The notes below the pieces were generated by a model that made no database searches, was not told the DNA's origin, and worked only from the letters and a program-made list of their open reading frames with translations. DNA of 64,000 bases, from NCBI GenBank assembly GCA_964016885.1, contig OZ024755.1:28582001-28646000 (forward strand), in the 5' to 3' direction. The position numbers were made by a program, and so were the translations under genes. This document shows, one piece after another, positions 1 through 15,067 of the stretch (within the stretch, counting starts at the first letter, position 1; the number at the start of each line of letters is the position of its first letter). This DNA comes from Eledone cirrhosa. Taxonomy: Eukaryota.

Positions 1-83
<83 letters not shown>

Positions 84-281
84 CGTGTGCACTACCAAAT
101 TTATATACTTCATGTTTATCTATAATACATGTCATTTAATAGTGAATACATAGTATACTATAAAACTATTAGAACTGCCAATACTATCACGTACCTAAAC
201 AAGAGCACATGTTCTGGATCCATACCACTTAGATATCTATAAACACTCGCACAAACACATACACAGAGTTTCAAACACACA

Positions 282-338
<57 letters not shown>

Positions 339-383
339 CCACACACACACACAATTACACACATATATATATATATATAAATT

Positions 384-600
384 CAGGACGCCGACGGCTG
401 AGCTTCGGCCGTTTGGACAGCTAGTTCCGAACTGTTCGGGTCGGTCGGATCTAGCTGTCGAAACGGCTGGAGCTCATCCGTCGGGGGCGTCCGGACTCTT
501 TTCCTATTACCCACTTTACTACCGCAAGTATCCAGTACTGTGGTGGGGGCTATGGTCCGCCTGGCATTTTACCACACACACACATACACACACACTATCC
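384..600. mobile_element. Hairpin-headed ~200-bp non-coding element, family A (diverged copy), in (TA)n
   Basis: Inverted arms GGACGCCGACGGCTGAGC...GCTCATCCGTCGGGGGCGTCC, then tail ctattacccactttactacc...accacac shared with copies at 15298, 23243, 27577, 30879 and 50627. Confidence 0.7.
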
Positions 601-1202
601 GATATATATATATATGTATTTATATATATGTATTTATATATGTATGTGTGCATGTGTGTGTGTGTGTGCATGTGTGTGTGTGTGCATGTGTGTGTGTGTT
701 ATGTAATGTTCTTGTTTATACCCGTATCCCCCCCCCTATTGCCGTGCATGTGTGCATACGTGTTAACATAAGTTACATATTCAGCAACGTCTCTCAACCA
801 CTGGCTACTCCTATGTTAACACATACTGGGATAAATAATAGCTTAGCACACATTCAATGTACACGCTGTTCACATATGCAGATTTCATGCATCTTCTTTC
901 ATGGGCACACACACACACACACACAAACATACATACACACTCATACACGCACACACACTCACACGCACACACACACACACAAACGCACACATACACACAC
1001 TCATACACGCACACACACTCACGCGCACACACACACACACACTCATGCACATACACTCATGCACACACACATACCACACCACAAACACACATAGACAAAG
1101 ATACACATATACACATACAAAGACACAGACAGAGGCACACAAGTACAGACACTCATGCACACTTCGCAATCACTGTTGCACACACACACAGATATATCTA
1201 TC

Positions 1203-1238
<36 letters not shown>

Positions 1239-1986
1239 CACACATATATATATATATATATAAACACACACATGCATATATATATATATATATATATAAT
1301 AAACAGACACATGCATATATATTTATATATATATATATATATACATATAATGAACACACACATGCATATATATATATATGTATCTATAATAAACACACAC
1401 ATGCATATATATATATATATATATAAAGACACACACACACCTTATATATATATATATGCACCCTACATACATGTGTGTGTGTAATTGTGTGCATATGTGT
1501 AAAGATAGAAGGTTATAACTTTCTTATTCGTCACATCTGTTTATATATATATATGTATATATATGCACACACACACACACACACTCACACACACATCCAT
1601 GTATATGCATATCTGTGTTCTTGAATATATATATATACATATATATATATATGTGTGTGTCTGTGTGTGTGCATCCAGAGAGGGAGAGATAGAGAGATGC
1701 AGAGAAAGAGAGAGAGAAATACATACAGAGCGAGAGAGAGAAATACATACAGAGCGAGAGAGGGGGAAAGAGAGACAGAGAGAGCGAGAGGAGAGAGAGA
1801 TAGAGAGATAGAGAGAGTGGGGAGGGGGAGGGGGGAGACGAGAGACAGACAGACCGGCTAGCAATCGGACCGACAGCTATATAGATCGTTAGATCAATAC
1901 TTCAATTTAGGGTAACACATATCAACATATCAACATATCAACATAACAACATAACAACGGTGGCAACAATTATCACACATGCTTGC

Positions 1987-2062
1987 TATCAATGCGACTA
2001 TTACGCCGGCTATCAATGCGACTATTACGCCGGCTATTAATGCGACTATTACGCCGACTATT
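1987..2062. repeat. 24-bp tandem repeat x3
   Basis: ctatcaatgcgactattacgccgg repeated three times with small changes. Confidence 0.85.
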
Positions 2063-2192
2063 AATTAATACATAAAAAAAGAAAATTATAATAAAAACAG
2101 CATAAGATACCATAAAATGATTTTAAAAAATAAACGTCCCCCACTCAAAGAAACCCAACATCATTAACAACAACAGCAACAACAATAATAAC

Positions 2193-2227
<35 letters not shown>

Positions 2228-2955
2228 TATATATTATTAACTGATGATAATGATAATGATCCTGACGATGATGATGATGATGATGCTGATGGTAGTAGTG
2301 GTGGTGTTGATGATGATGATGATGATGATGACAATGGTAATAACGGTATAATATATGTTTTATGAGAGATAAACAACGGTCAGAGTTGAGTTTTTTTTTT
2401 TTTGTTTTTTGTTTGTTTGTTTTTTTTTTTAAAAAGTTTAGTACAAAAATAAATATTGACATTATTTTGGACGTACCAGAGTTAATTAGTTCGACCTTGA
2501 TTGAGAAACAGTGACGCCATCGTCATTTTAAACGAAGTCCATCATATCACGTTATTCTTATTCCAACGAACGTTGCTGTTTGTTCCTTTACTCACTAGTT
2601 TAGCTTAGTATATTATTTTATTTGATTTTATTAGTTTTGTTTTCTTCTCCTTTCGAAGTCGTCGTCATCGTCATCGTCATCGTCATCGCCATCGTCATCG
2701 CCGCCGCCGACTTTACCGTCTCCTTTCTTGTTTTCTTTTTTCTTTCGCTTCTAGGACTTCTTTCTCTTTAACGGGTCGTCTTTTTTTTTTTTTTTACGTC
2801 TTCCTTTCTTCTTCTTCTTCTTCTTCTTCTTCTTTGTCTTCTTCTTCTTCTTCTTCTTCTTTGTCTTCTTCTTCTTCTTCTTTGTCTATTTCTTCTTCTT
2901 CTTCTTCTTCTTCTTCTTCTTCTTCTTCTTCTTCTTCTTCTTTGTCTTCTTTGTC

Positions 2956-2987
<32 letters not shown>

Positions 2988-3108
2988 CTCATAAACTTTT
3001 AAGAATTTGATAATTTTTTTTATACTTGTTTACATTGAGAGAAAAAAATATTATTATTTCTCTCTCTCCCTCTCTCCCCCTCTATCTCTCTATCTCTCTC
3101 TCTCTCTC

Positions 3109-3150
<42 letters not shown>

Positions 3151-3281
3151 GAGAGAGAGAGGGGAATGATATGTGCATATGTAAGTGTGCATATATATAT
3201 GTGTGTGTGTGTAATATATATATATATATGTATATATGTGTGTGTGTGTGTATAATATATATATATATGTGTGTGTGTGTA

Positions 3282-3315
<34 letters not shown>

Positions 3316-3472
3316 AATATACATACGTATAAACAAACATAGTCACACACACACATATACACACACACACATATATATATAGTAATAAAAGTACATCTCT
3401 CGCTCTCTCTATATATATACACACACAGACACACACATATATATATATACGTATATATATATATATATACAT

Positions 3473-3520
<48 letters not shown>

Positions 3521-3521
3521 C

Positions 3522-3552
<31 letters not shown>

Positions 3553-4039
3553 CATGTATATATATACATATATATATATATATGCATATATATATACATA
3601 TATATATATATACATATATATGCATATATATACATATATATATACATATATATATACATATATATGCATATATATACATATATATATATACATATATATA
3701 CATATATACATACATATATATACGTACATATGTACATATTTACAATTGCATGCCGGCAGAACCTCCTCCAACAACATTCGTCCCTTGTTTCATCCCCCCC
3801 CCCCACTCTCCTTCTCCCCCCAACCCCTCTCCTTCACACTCCCCACCCCCTCCTTCTCTTCTCTCTCGACACCAGCTCTCCTTCTCCCCCCCGCCCAACT
3901 ATTTCTATCTCCCCCACCGCCTCCTCTTTCTCTATAGCTTTCTTCCTCCCTTTCTTCCACCTCCCCCGCCCCATCTGACCCCACCCACTCCAGGAACTAT
4001 GCTCCACCGCCACGAGCGCTACCAACGCGAACACCGCCC

Positions 4040-7000
4040 TCACCGCCGCCTCCTCCACCACAAGAAGCAGTGACAGCACCACACACCTCCTCCGCCGCCG
4101 CCTCCTCCACCACAAGAAGCAGTGACAGCAACGCCTCCTCCTCCACCACAAGAAGCAGTGACAGCACCACACACCTCCTCCACCTCCGCCTCCTCCACCA
4201 CAAGAAGCAGTGACAGCACCACACACCTCCTCCGCCGCCGCCTCCTCCACCACAAGAAGCAGTGACAGCAACGCCGCCGCCTCCACCACAAGAAGCAGTG
4301 ACAACACCACACACCTCCTCCGCCGCCGCCTCCTCCACCACAAGAAGCAGTGACAGCAACGCCGCCGCCTCCACCACAAGAAGCAGTGACAGCACCACAC
4401 ACCTCCTCCACCGCCGCCTCCACCACCACAAGAAGCAGTGCCAGCACCACACACCTCCTCCACCGCCGCCTCCACCACAAGAAGCAGTGACAGCACCACA
4501 CACCTCCTCCAACGCCGCCTCCACCACCACAAGAAGCAGTGCCAGCACCACACACCTCCTCCACCGCCGCCTCCACCACAAGAAGCAGTGACAGCACCAC
4601 ACACCTCCTCCACCCCCGCCTCCACCACAAGAAGCAGTGACAGCACCACACACCTCCTCCACCGCCGCCTCCACCACAAGAAGCAGTGACAGCACCACAC
4701 ACCTCCTCCACCGCCGCCTCCACCACAAGAAGCAGTGACAGCACCACACACCTCCTCCACCCCCGCCTCCACCACAAGAAGCAGTGACAGCAACGCCGCC
4801 GCCTCCACCACAAGAAGCAGTGACAGCACCACACACCTCCTCCGCCGCCGCCGCCTCCACCACAAGAAGCAGTGACAGCACCACACACCTGCTCCACCAC
4901 AAGAAGCAGTGACAGCACCACACACCTGCTCCACCACAAGAAGCAGTGACAGCACCACACACCTCCTCCACCTCAACCTCCTCCACCACAAGAAGCAGTG
5001 ACAGCACCACACACCTCCTCCACCGCCGCCTCCTCCACCACAAGAAGCAGTGACAGCACCACACACCTCCTCCGCCGCCGCCTCCTCCACAAGAAGCAGT
5101 GACAGCACCACACACCTCCTCCGCCGCCTCCTCCACCACAAGAAGCAGTGACAGCAGCACACACCTCCTCCACCTCAACCTCCTCCACCACAAGAAGCAG
5201 TGACAGCACCACACACCTCCTCCACCGCCGCCTCCTCCACCACAAGAAACAGTGACAGCACCACACACCTCCTCCTCCTCCGCCGCCTCCACCACAAGAA
5301 GCAGTGACAGCACCACACACCTCCTCCACCGCCGCCTCCTCCACCACAAGAAGCAGTGACAGCACCACACACCTCCTCCACCGCCGCCTCCTCAACCACA
5401 AGAAGCAGTGACAGCACCACACACCTCCTCCACCGCCGCCTCCTCCACCACAAGAAGCAGTGACAGCACCACACACCTCCTCCGCCGCCGCCTCCACCAC
5501 AAGAAGCAGTGACAGCACCACACACCTCCTCCGCCGCCGCCTCCTCCACAAGAAGCAGTGACAGCACCACACACCTCCTCCGCCGCCGCCTCCTCCACCA
5601 CAAGAAGCAGTGACAGCAACGCCGCCTCCTCCACCACAAGAAGCAGTGACAGCACCACACACCTCCTCCACCGCCGCCGCCTCCACCACAAGAAGCAGTG
5701 ACAGCACCACACACCTCCTCCGCCGCCGCCTCCTCCACAAGAAGCAGTGACAGCACCACACACCTCCTCCGCCGCCGCCTCCTCCACCACAAGAAGCAGT
5801 GACAGCACCACACACCTCCTCCACCGCCGCCTCCTCCACCACAAGAAGCAGTGACAGCACCACACACCTCCTCCGCCGCCGCCTCCACCACAAGAAGCAG
5901 TGACAGCACCACACACCTCCTCCGCCGCCGCCTCCTCCACCACAAGAAGCAGTGACAGCACCACACACCTCCTCCTCCGCCGCCTCCTCCACCACAAGAA
6001 GCAGTGACAGCACCACACACCTCCTCCTCCGCCGCCTCCTCCACCACAAGAAGCAGTGACAGCACCACACACCTCCTCCACCGCCGCCTCCTCCACCACA
6101 AGAAGCAGTGACAGCACCACACACCTCCTCCGCCGCCGCCTCCTCCACCACAAGAAGCAGTGACAGCACCACACACCTCCTCCGCCGCCTCCTCCACCAC
6201 AAGAAGCAGTGACAGCACCACACACCTCCTCCGCCGCCGCCTCCTCCACCACAAGAAGCAGTGACAGCACCACACACCTCCTCCGCTGCCTCCTCCACCA
6301 CAAGAAGCAGTGACAGCACCACACACCTCCTCCGCCGCCGCCTCCTCCACCACAAGAAGCAGTGACAGCACCACACACCTCCTCCTCCGCCGCCTCCTCC
6401 TCCACAAGAAGCAGTGACAGCACCACACACCTCCTCCGCCGCCTCCTCCACCACAAGAAGCAGTGACAGCACCACACACCTCCTCCTCCGCCGCCTCCTC
6501 CACCACAAGAAGCAGTGACAGCACCACACACCTCCTCCGCCGCCGCCTCCACCACAAGAAGCAGTGACAGCACCACACACCTCCTCCTCCACCACAAGAA
6601 GCAGTGACAGCACCACACACCTCCTCCGCCGCCTCCTCCACCACAAGAAGCAGTGACAGCACCACACACCTCCTCCGCCGCCTCCTCCACCACAAGAAGC
6701 AGTGACAGCACCACACACCTCCTCCGCCGCCGCCTCCTCCACCACAAGAAGCAGTGACAGCAACGCCGCCTCCTCCACCACAAGAAGCAGTGACAGCACC
6801 ACACACCTCCTCCGCCGCCTCCTCCACCACAAGAAGCAGTGACAGCACCACACACCTCCTCCGCCGCCTCCTCCACCACAAGAAGCAGTGACAGCACCAC
6901 ACACCTCCTCCACCGCCGCCGCCTCCACCACAAGAAGCAGTGACAGCACCACACACCTCCTCCACCTCAACCTCCTCCACCACAAGAAGCAGTGACAGCA

Positions 7001-10000
7001 CCACGCACCTCCTCCACCGCCGCCTCCTCCACCACAAGAAGCAGTGACAGCACCACACACCTCCTCCACCACCGCCTCCTCCACCACAAGAAGCAGTGAC
7101 AGCACCACACACCTCCTCCGCCGCCGCCTCCTCCACCACAAGAAGCAGTGACAGCACCACACACCTCCTCCACCGCCGTCTCCACCACAAGAAGCAGTGA
7201 CAGCACCACACACCTCCTCCACCTCCGCCTCCTCCACCACAAGAAGCAGTGACAGCACCACACACCTCCTCCGCCGCCGCCTCCTCCACCACAAGAAGCA
7301 GTGACAGCACCACACACCTCCTCCACCGCCGTCTCCACCACAAGAAGCAGTGACAGCACCACACACCTCCTCCTCCACCGCCTCCTCCACCACAAGAAGC
7401 AGTGACAGCACCACACACCTCCTCCACCGCCGCCGCCTCCACCACAAGAAGCAGTGACAGCACCACACACCTCCTCCACCTCAACCTCCTCCACCACAAG
7501 AAGCAGTGACAGCACCACACACCTCCTCCACGCCGCCTCCACCACAAGAAGCAGTGACAGCACCACACACCTCCTCCACGCCGCCTCCACCACAAGAAGC
7601 AGTGACAGCACCACACACCTCCTCCACCTCAACCTCCTCCACCACAAGAAGCAGTGACAGCACCACACACCTCCTCCACCTCCGCCTCCACAAGAAGCAG
7701 TGACAGCACCACACACCTCCTCCGCCGCCACAAGAAGCAGTGACAGCACCACACACCTCCTCCGCCGCCGCCTCCTCCACCACAAGAAGCAGTGACAGCA
7801 CCACACACCTCCTCCACCGCCGCCTCCACAAGAAGCAGTGACAGCACCACACACCTCCTCCGCCGCCTCCTCCACCACAAGAAGCAGTGACAGCACCACA
7901 CACCTCCTCCGCCGCCTCCTCCACCACAAGAAGCAGTGACAGCACCACACACCTCCTCCACCGCCGCCTCCTCCACCACAAGAAGCAGTGACAGCACCAC
8001 ACACCTCCTCCGCCTCCTCCCCCGCCACAAGAAGCAGTGACAGCACCACACACCTCCTCCGCCGCCGCCTCCTCCACCACAAGAAGCAGTGACAGCACCA
8101 CACACCTCCTCCTCCGCCGCCGCCTCCACCACAAGAAGCAGTGACAGCACCACACACCTCCTCCTCCGCCGCCTCCACCACAAGAAGCAGTGACAGCACC
8201 ACACACCTCCTCCTCCACCGCCTCCCCCACCACAAGAAGCAGTGACAGCACCACACACCTCCTCCGCCGCCGCCTCCACCACAAGAAGCAGTGACAGCAC
8301 CACACACCTCCTCCTCCGCCGCCTCCCCCACCACAAGAAGCAGTGACAGCACCACACACCTCCTCCGCCTCCTCCCCCGCCACAAGAAGCAGTGACAGCA
8401 CCACACACCTCCTCCGCCGCCGCCTCCTCCACCACAAGAAGCAGTGACAGCACCACACACCTCCTCCTCCGCCGCCTCCATCACCACAAGAAGCAGTGAC
8501 AGCACCACACACCTCCTCCACCTCCGCCTCCTCCACCACAAGAAGCAGTGACAGCACCACACACCTCCTCCACCTCCGCCACCTCCACCACAAGAAGCAG
8601 TGACAGCACCACACACCTCCTCCTCCGCCGCCTCCCCCACCACAAGAAGCAGTGACAGCACCACACACACCTCCTCCGCCGCCGCCTCCACCACAAGAAG
8701 CAGTGACAGCACCACACACCTCCTCCTCCGCCGCCTCCCCCACCACAAGAAGCAGTGACAGCACCACACACCTCCTCCACCGCCGCCTCCTCCACCACAA
8801 GAAGCAGTGACAGCACCACACACCTCCTCCGCCGCCGCCTCCACCACAAGAAGCAGTGACAGCACCACACACCTCCTCCTCCTCCGCCTCCCCCACCACA
8901 AGAAGCAGTGACAGCACCACACACCTCCTCCACCGCCGCCTCCTCCACCACAAGAAGCAGTGACAGCACCACACACCTCCTCCACCGCCGCCTCCTCCAC
9001 CACAAGAAGCAGTGACAGCACCACACACCTCCTCCTCCTCCGCCGCCTCCACCACAAGAAGCAGTGACAGCACCACACACCTCCTCCACCGCCGCCTCCT
9101 CCACCACAAGAAGCAGTGACAGCACCACACACCTCCTCCACCGCCGCCTCCTCCACCACAAGAAGCAGTGACAGCACCACACACCTCCTCCACCGCCGCC
9201 TCCCCCACCACAAGAAGCAGTGACAGCACCACACACCTCCTCCACCTCCGCCTCCTCCACCACAAGAAGCAGTGACAGCACCACACACCTCCTCCTCCGC
9301 CGCCTCCATCACCACAAGAAGCAGTGACAGCACCACACACCTCCTCCTCCTCCGCCCCCTCCACCACAAGAAGCAGTGACAGCACCACACACCTCCTCCT
9401 CCGCCGCCTCCATCACCACAAGAAGCAGTGACAGCACCACACACCTCCTCCTCCTCCGCCCCCTCCACCACAAGAAGAAGTGACAGCACCACACACCTCC
9501 TCCTCCACCACAAGAAGCAGTGACAGCACCACACACCTCCTCCTCCGCCGCCTCCACCACAAGAAGCAGTGACAGCACCACACACCTCCTCCTCCGCCGC
9601 CTCCACCACAAGAAGCAGTGACAGCACCACACACCTCCTCCGCCTCCGCCTCCTCCACCACAAGAAGCAGTGACAGCACCACACACCTCCTCCACCTCCG
9701 CCTCCTCCACCACAAGAAGCAGTGACAGCACCACACACCTCCTCCACCGCCGCCTCCTCCACCACAAGAAGCAGTGACAGCACCACACACCTCCTCCACC
9801 ACCGCCTCCTCCACCACAAGAAGCAGTGACAGCACCACACACCTCCTCCACCGCCGCCTCCTCCACCACAAGAAGCAGTGACAGCACCACACACCTCCTC
9901 CACCGCCGCCGCCTCCACCACAAGAAGCAGTGACAGCACCACACACCTCCTCCACCTCCGCCTCCTCCACCACAAGAAGCAGTGACAGCACCACACACCT

Positions 10001-10172
10001 CCTCCTCCGCCGCCTCCACCACAAGAAGCAGTGACAGCACCACACACCTCCTCCGCCTCCGCCTCCTCCACCACAAGAAGCAGTGACAGCACCACACACC
10101 TCCTCCTCCGCCGCCTCCACCACAAGAAGCAGTGACAGCACCACACACCTCCTCCTCCGCCGCCTCCACCAC
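4040..10172. repeat. ~6.1-kb GC-rich minisatellite, unit mostly 46-55 bp, roughly 120 copies
   Basis: Near-invariant core cacaagaagcagtgacagcaccacacacctcctcc alternating with variable CCN-triplet runs. Confidence 0.95.
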
Positions 10173-10941
10173 CACCAACTGCACCAGGATCAGTATCACA
10201 ACCGACAACAACAACAACAACAACATTCAGGTTTTACTACACAATTGAACCTCCACATAACACAGAGAAAGGAAAAAAAGAATGAAAACTTCCAGTTTCT
10301 TTCAATGCACCACCGTCAACACTGTCACCACCACCAACACCGTCAACACCGTCAACACTGTCACCACCACCAACACCGTCAACACCGTCAACACCGCCAC
10401 CACCACCGTCACACCTTCACCACCACCGTCATACCGTCACTACAAGCGTCAACACCGTCAACACCGTCATACCGTCACCACCGTCAACAGCGTAATCACC
10501 ACCGTCACCACCGTCACCACCGCCATACCGTCACCACCGTCACCACCGTCACCACCGTCACCACCGTCATACCGTCACCACCGTCACCACCACCGTCACC
10601 ACCGTCACCACAACCGTCAACACCGTCACCACCACCGTTTAACACCGTCAACACCGCCATACCGTCATACCGTCACCACCGTTACCACCACCGTCACCAC
10701 CACTACCACCACCGTCCTCACCGTCATCCCCCTCACCACCACCACCACCGTCAGCACCGCTACCACCACCGTCACAACCGTCACCACCACCACCACCACC
10801 GCTACCACCACCGTCACAACCGCCACCACCACCACCACCACCACCATACTTACAACCCCCACCAGCATCACCATATTTACTACCATCATCATCACCAGCA
10901 CCACCACCATCCATCCTTACAATCACCACCCCCACCGCCAC

Positions 10942-13550
10942 CATTACCCACCGCCACAGCCACCACTACTACCATGCCTACCTCCACCAGCACCACAACC
11001 AGCACCACCATTACCACTAGCACCAGCACCACCATTACCACTAGCACCAGCACCACCACCAGCACCACCATTACCACTAGCACCAGCACCACCATTACCA
11101 CTAGCACCAGCACCACCACCAGCACCACCATTACCACTAGCACCAGCACCACCACCAGCACCACCATTACCACTAGCACCAGCACCACAACCAGCACCAC
11201 CACCTGCACCACCAGTACCACCGCCACAGCCACCACTACTACCATGCCTACCTCCACCAGCACCACAACCAGCACCACCATTACCACTAGCACCAGTACC
11301 ACCATTACCACTAGCACCAGCACCACCACCAGCACCACCATTACCACTAGCACCAGCACCACCACCAGCACCACCATTACCACTAGCACCAGCACCACCA
11401 CCAGCACCACCATTACCACTAGCACCAGCACCACCACCAGCACCACCATTACCACTAACACCAGCACCACCATTACCACTAGCACCAGCACCACCACCAG
11501 CACCACCATTACCACTAGCACCAGCACCACCACCAGCACCACCATTACCACTAGCACCAGCACCACCACCTGCACCACCAGTACCACCGCCACAGCCACC
11601 ACTACTACCATGCCTACCTCCACCAGCACCACAACCAGCACCACCATTACCACTAGCACCAGCACCAGCACCACCACCAGCACCACCATTACCACTAGCA
11701 CCAGCACCACCATTACCACTAGCACCAGCACCACCATTACCACTAGCACCAGCACCACCACCAGCACCACCATTACCACTAGCACCAGCACCACCATTAC
11801 CACTAGCACCAGCACCACCACCAGCACCACCATTACCACTAGCACCAGCACCACAACCAGCACCACCACCTGCACCACCAGTACCACCGCCACAGCCACC
11901 ACTACTACCATGCCTACCTCCACCAGCACCACAACCAGCACCACCATTACCACTAGCACCAGTACCACCATTACCACTAGCACCAGCACCACCACCAGCA
12001 CCACCATTACCACTAGCACCAGCACCACCATTACCACTAGCACCAGCACCACCACCAGCACCACCATTACCACTAGCACCAGCACCACCACCAGCACCAC
12101 CATTACCACTAGCACCAGCACCACCACCAGCACCACCACCTGCACCACCAGTACCACCGCCACAGCCACCACTACTACCATGCCTACCTCCACCAGCACC
12201 ACAACCAGCACCACCATTACCACTAGCACCAGCACCACCATTACCACCACCACCAGCACCACCATTACCACTAGCACCAGCACCACCATTACCACTAGCA
12301 CCAGCACCACCATTACCACTAGCACCAGCACCACAACCAGCACCACCATTACCACTAGCACCAGCACCACAACCAGCACCACCATTACCACTAGCACCAG
12401 CACCACCATTACCACCAGCACCAGCACCACCACCAGCACCACCATTACCACTAGCACCAGCACCACCATTACCACTAGCACCAGCACCACAACCAGCACC
12501 ACCATTACCACTAGCACCAGCACCACAACCAGCACCACCATTACCACTAGCACCAGCACCACCACCAGCACCACCATTACCACTAGCACCAGCACCACCA
12601 TTACCACTAGCACCAGCACCACCACCAGCACCACCATTACCACTAGCACCAGCACCACTAGCACCAGCACCACCATTACCACTAGCACCAGCACCACCAT
12701 TACCACTAGCACCAGCACCACCACCAGCACCACCATTACCACTAGCACCAGCACCACAACCAGCACCACCATTACCACTAGCACCAGCACCACCATTACC
12801 ACTAGCACCAGCACCACAACCAGCACCACCATTACCACTAGCACCAGCACCACCATTACCACTAGCACCAGCACCACAACCAGCACCACCATTACCACTA
12901 GCACCAGCACCACCATTACCACTAGCACCAGCACCACAACCAGCACCACCATTACCACTAGCACCAGCACCACCATTACCACTAGCACCAGCACCACAAC
13001 CAGCACCACCATTACCACTAGCACCAGCACCACCATTACCACTAGCACCAGCACCACCATTACCACTAGCACCAGCACCACCATTACCACTAGCACCAGC
13101 ACCACCATTACCACTAGCACCAGCACCACAACCAGCACCACCATTACCACTAGCACCAGCACCACCATTACCACTAGCACCAGCACCACAACCAGCACCA
13201 CCATTACCACTAGCACCAGCACCACAATTACCACTAGCACCAGCACCACCATTACCACTAGCACCAGCACCACCATTACCACTAGCACCAGCACCACCAT
13301 TACCACTAGCACCAGCACCACCACCAGCACCACCATTACCACTAGCACCAGCACCACCATTACCACCACCACCAGCACCACCATTACCACTAGCACCAGC
13401 ACCACCACCAGCACCACCATTACCACTAGCACCACCATTACCACCACCACCAGCACCACCATTACCACTAGCACCAGCACCACCATTACCACCACCACCA
13501 GCACCACCATTACCACTAGCACCAGCACCACCACCAGCACCACCAGTACC
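10942..13550. repeat. ACC/AGC triplet-based minisatellite (24/36-bp units with a recurring marker block)
   Basis: accagcaccaccattaccactagc units; block gccacagccaccactactaccatgcctacctcc recurs five times; open in four frames (Thr/Ser, Pro/Ala, Val, Gly/Ala), typical of non-coding repeat. Confidence 0.9.
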
Positions 13551-13665
13551 AGTTTTCAAGTCGCTGGCTGGACTAAAAAGTCACACTCGTTCAGCGCATC
13601 AGTAGGGGTTCTCCTACATGGATATAAAGTAGTGGCCGTACTCGAAAACGAGTTGGCAGCCACCA
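13551..13665 (+). mobile_element. 3' tip of an RTE-like LINE (half C2H2 zinc finger plus 3' UTR)
   Basis: [17 protein letters not shown] resembles the terminal C2H2 finger of RTE-clade ORFs; followed by a short UTR and simple repeat. Confidence 0.5.
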
Positions 13666-14125
13666 TGTATATATCTCTCTATATATATGTATGTGTATAT
13701 ATATATGTGTGTATATATATATATATGTGCATGTATATATGAATATTGATGTATGTATATATATATACATGTATATATATACATGTATATATGTATGTAT
13801 ATATGTATGTATATGTATACATATATATATATGTATGTATAGGTATGCATATATAATATATATAATATGTATATAAATGTATGCATATATAATATATATA
13901 TAAATGTATGTATATATATATATATATAAATGTAGTGGGTGATTGGTAGTTACCACAATTCCGATTTGTATTTATTGTCTTGATTTATTCTTAAATTGAG
14001 CCAGGAAACCCCTATTGTCTATGGTTAGTATTCCTTTCACCTTAGCGAATCTGGCCCTTTGCGATTTGAACACATATATGTATATATCTGTGTTGGTTTT
14101 TCTTTTATATTCAATTATAATATAA

Positions 14126-14762
14126 GGAACGATCGACTTTGGTCAAATCGGACCGAGGGAACAATGTTTCCGTTAGTCTATATTAGAATATACGGCTCGG
14201 AAATACCTCTTTCTTAGAGCTATTTTATTGCAAGAGACTATTTTGAGTTCCTAACTCAATATATACCTTTGATATATATATAAATGTATGCATTTATACA
14301 TTTATATATATATATATGTATATAATATAACATGTTGTCGATCGACTTTCGTCAAAGAGGACCGAGGGAACAATGTTTCCGTTAGTCTATATTAGAATAT
14401 ACGGCTCGGAAATATCTGTTTCTTAGAGCTATTTTATTGCAAGAGACTATTTTGAGTTCCTAACTCAATATATACCTTTGATATATATAAATGTATGCAT
14501 TTATACATTTATATATATATATATGTATATAATATAACATTTTGTCGATCGACTTTCGTCAAAGAGGACCGAGGGAACAATGTTTCCGTTAGTCTATATT
14601 AGAATATACGGCTCGGAAATATCTGTTTCTTAGAGCTATTTTATTGCAAGAGACTATTTTGAGTTCCTAACTCAATATATACCTTTGATATATATAAATG
14701 TATGCATTTATATATATATATGTATATAATATAACATTTTGTCGATCGACTTTCGTCAAAGA
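14126..14762 (-). repeat. ~208-bp unit triplicated in tandem, carrying the 3' tail of the adjacent SINE
   Basis: gatcgactttcgtcaaa...ggaccgagggaacaatgtttccgttagtct...ctcaatatatacctttg repeats at ~14130, ~14340 and ~14547; its first ~55 nt are the reverse complement of 15232-15284. Confidence 0.85.
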
Positions 14763-14888
14763 GGAAACAATGTTTCCATTGGTCTTTCCAATTGCTAATA
14801 CTATCTCTCGGTCGCAACTCCAGGTAGAAGGAGCAATATAGTGTCTTGCTTAAGGACATAACCCATGGCCTGGTCCAGGAATCGAACT
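14745..14888 (-). mobile_element. Partial inverted copy of the CORE-like SINE at 15068
   Basis: Reverse complement of 15120-15280 (gttcgattcctggaccagg...ttgctccttctacctggagttgcgacc...). Confidence 0.8.
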
Positions 14889-14891
14889 GAC

Positions 14892-14944
<53 letters not shown>

Positions 14945-14972
14945 TGGTTACACAACAGTTATTTCACCATAC

Positions 14973-15010
14973 CGAGAACAATTGTTTCACCTTAGCGGAT
15001 CCTCAGCTCG
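14973..15010 (-). ncRNA. Minimal type I hammerhead ribozyme (38 nt)
   Basis: Minus strand: cgag CUGAGGA uccgcuaaggu GAAA caauug UU cucg; stem I cgag/cucg; palindromic stem III CAAUUG; GUU triplet. Confidence 0.7.
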
Positions 15011-15067
15011 TATTGGACATGATTATACGGAACAGGAAGACCAACCGGTTGTCATTTATATATTAGT

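Noticed and set aside
4040-10172. CRISPR-like array (constant repeat plus variable spacer)
   Set aside because: Spacers are short low-complexity CCN triplets, not unique sequences; no cas genes; eukaryotic context
3834-10226. Long minus-strand ORFs up to 1059 aa
   Set aside because: Products of a stop-poor tandem repeat open in all three frames
10083-13742. Mucin-like Thr/Ser 1219-aa or Pro-rich 1107-aa protein
   Set aside because: Four frames are open, there is no signal peptide or domain, and the ORFs run from one repeat into a LINE tip and (TA)n
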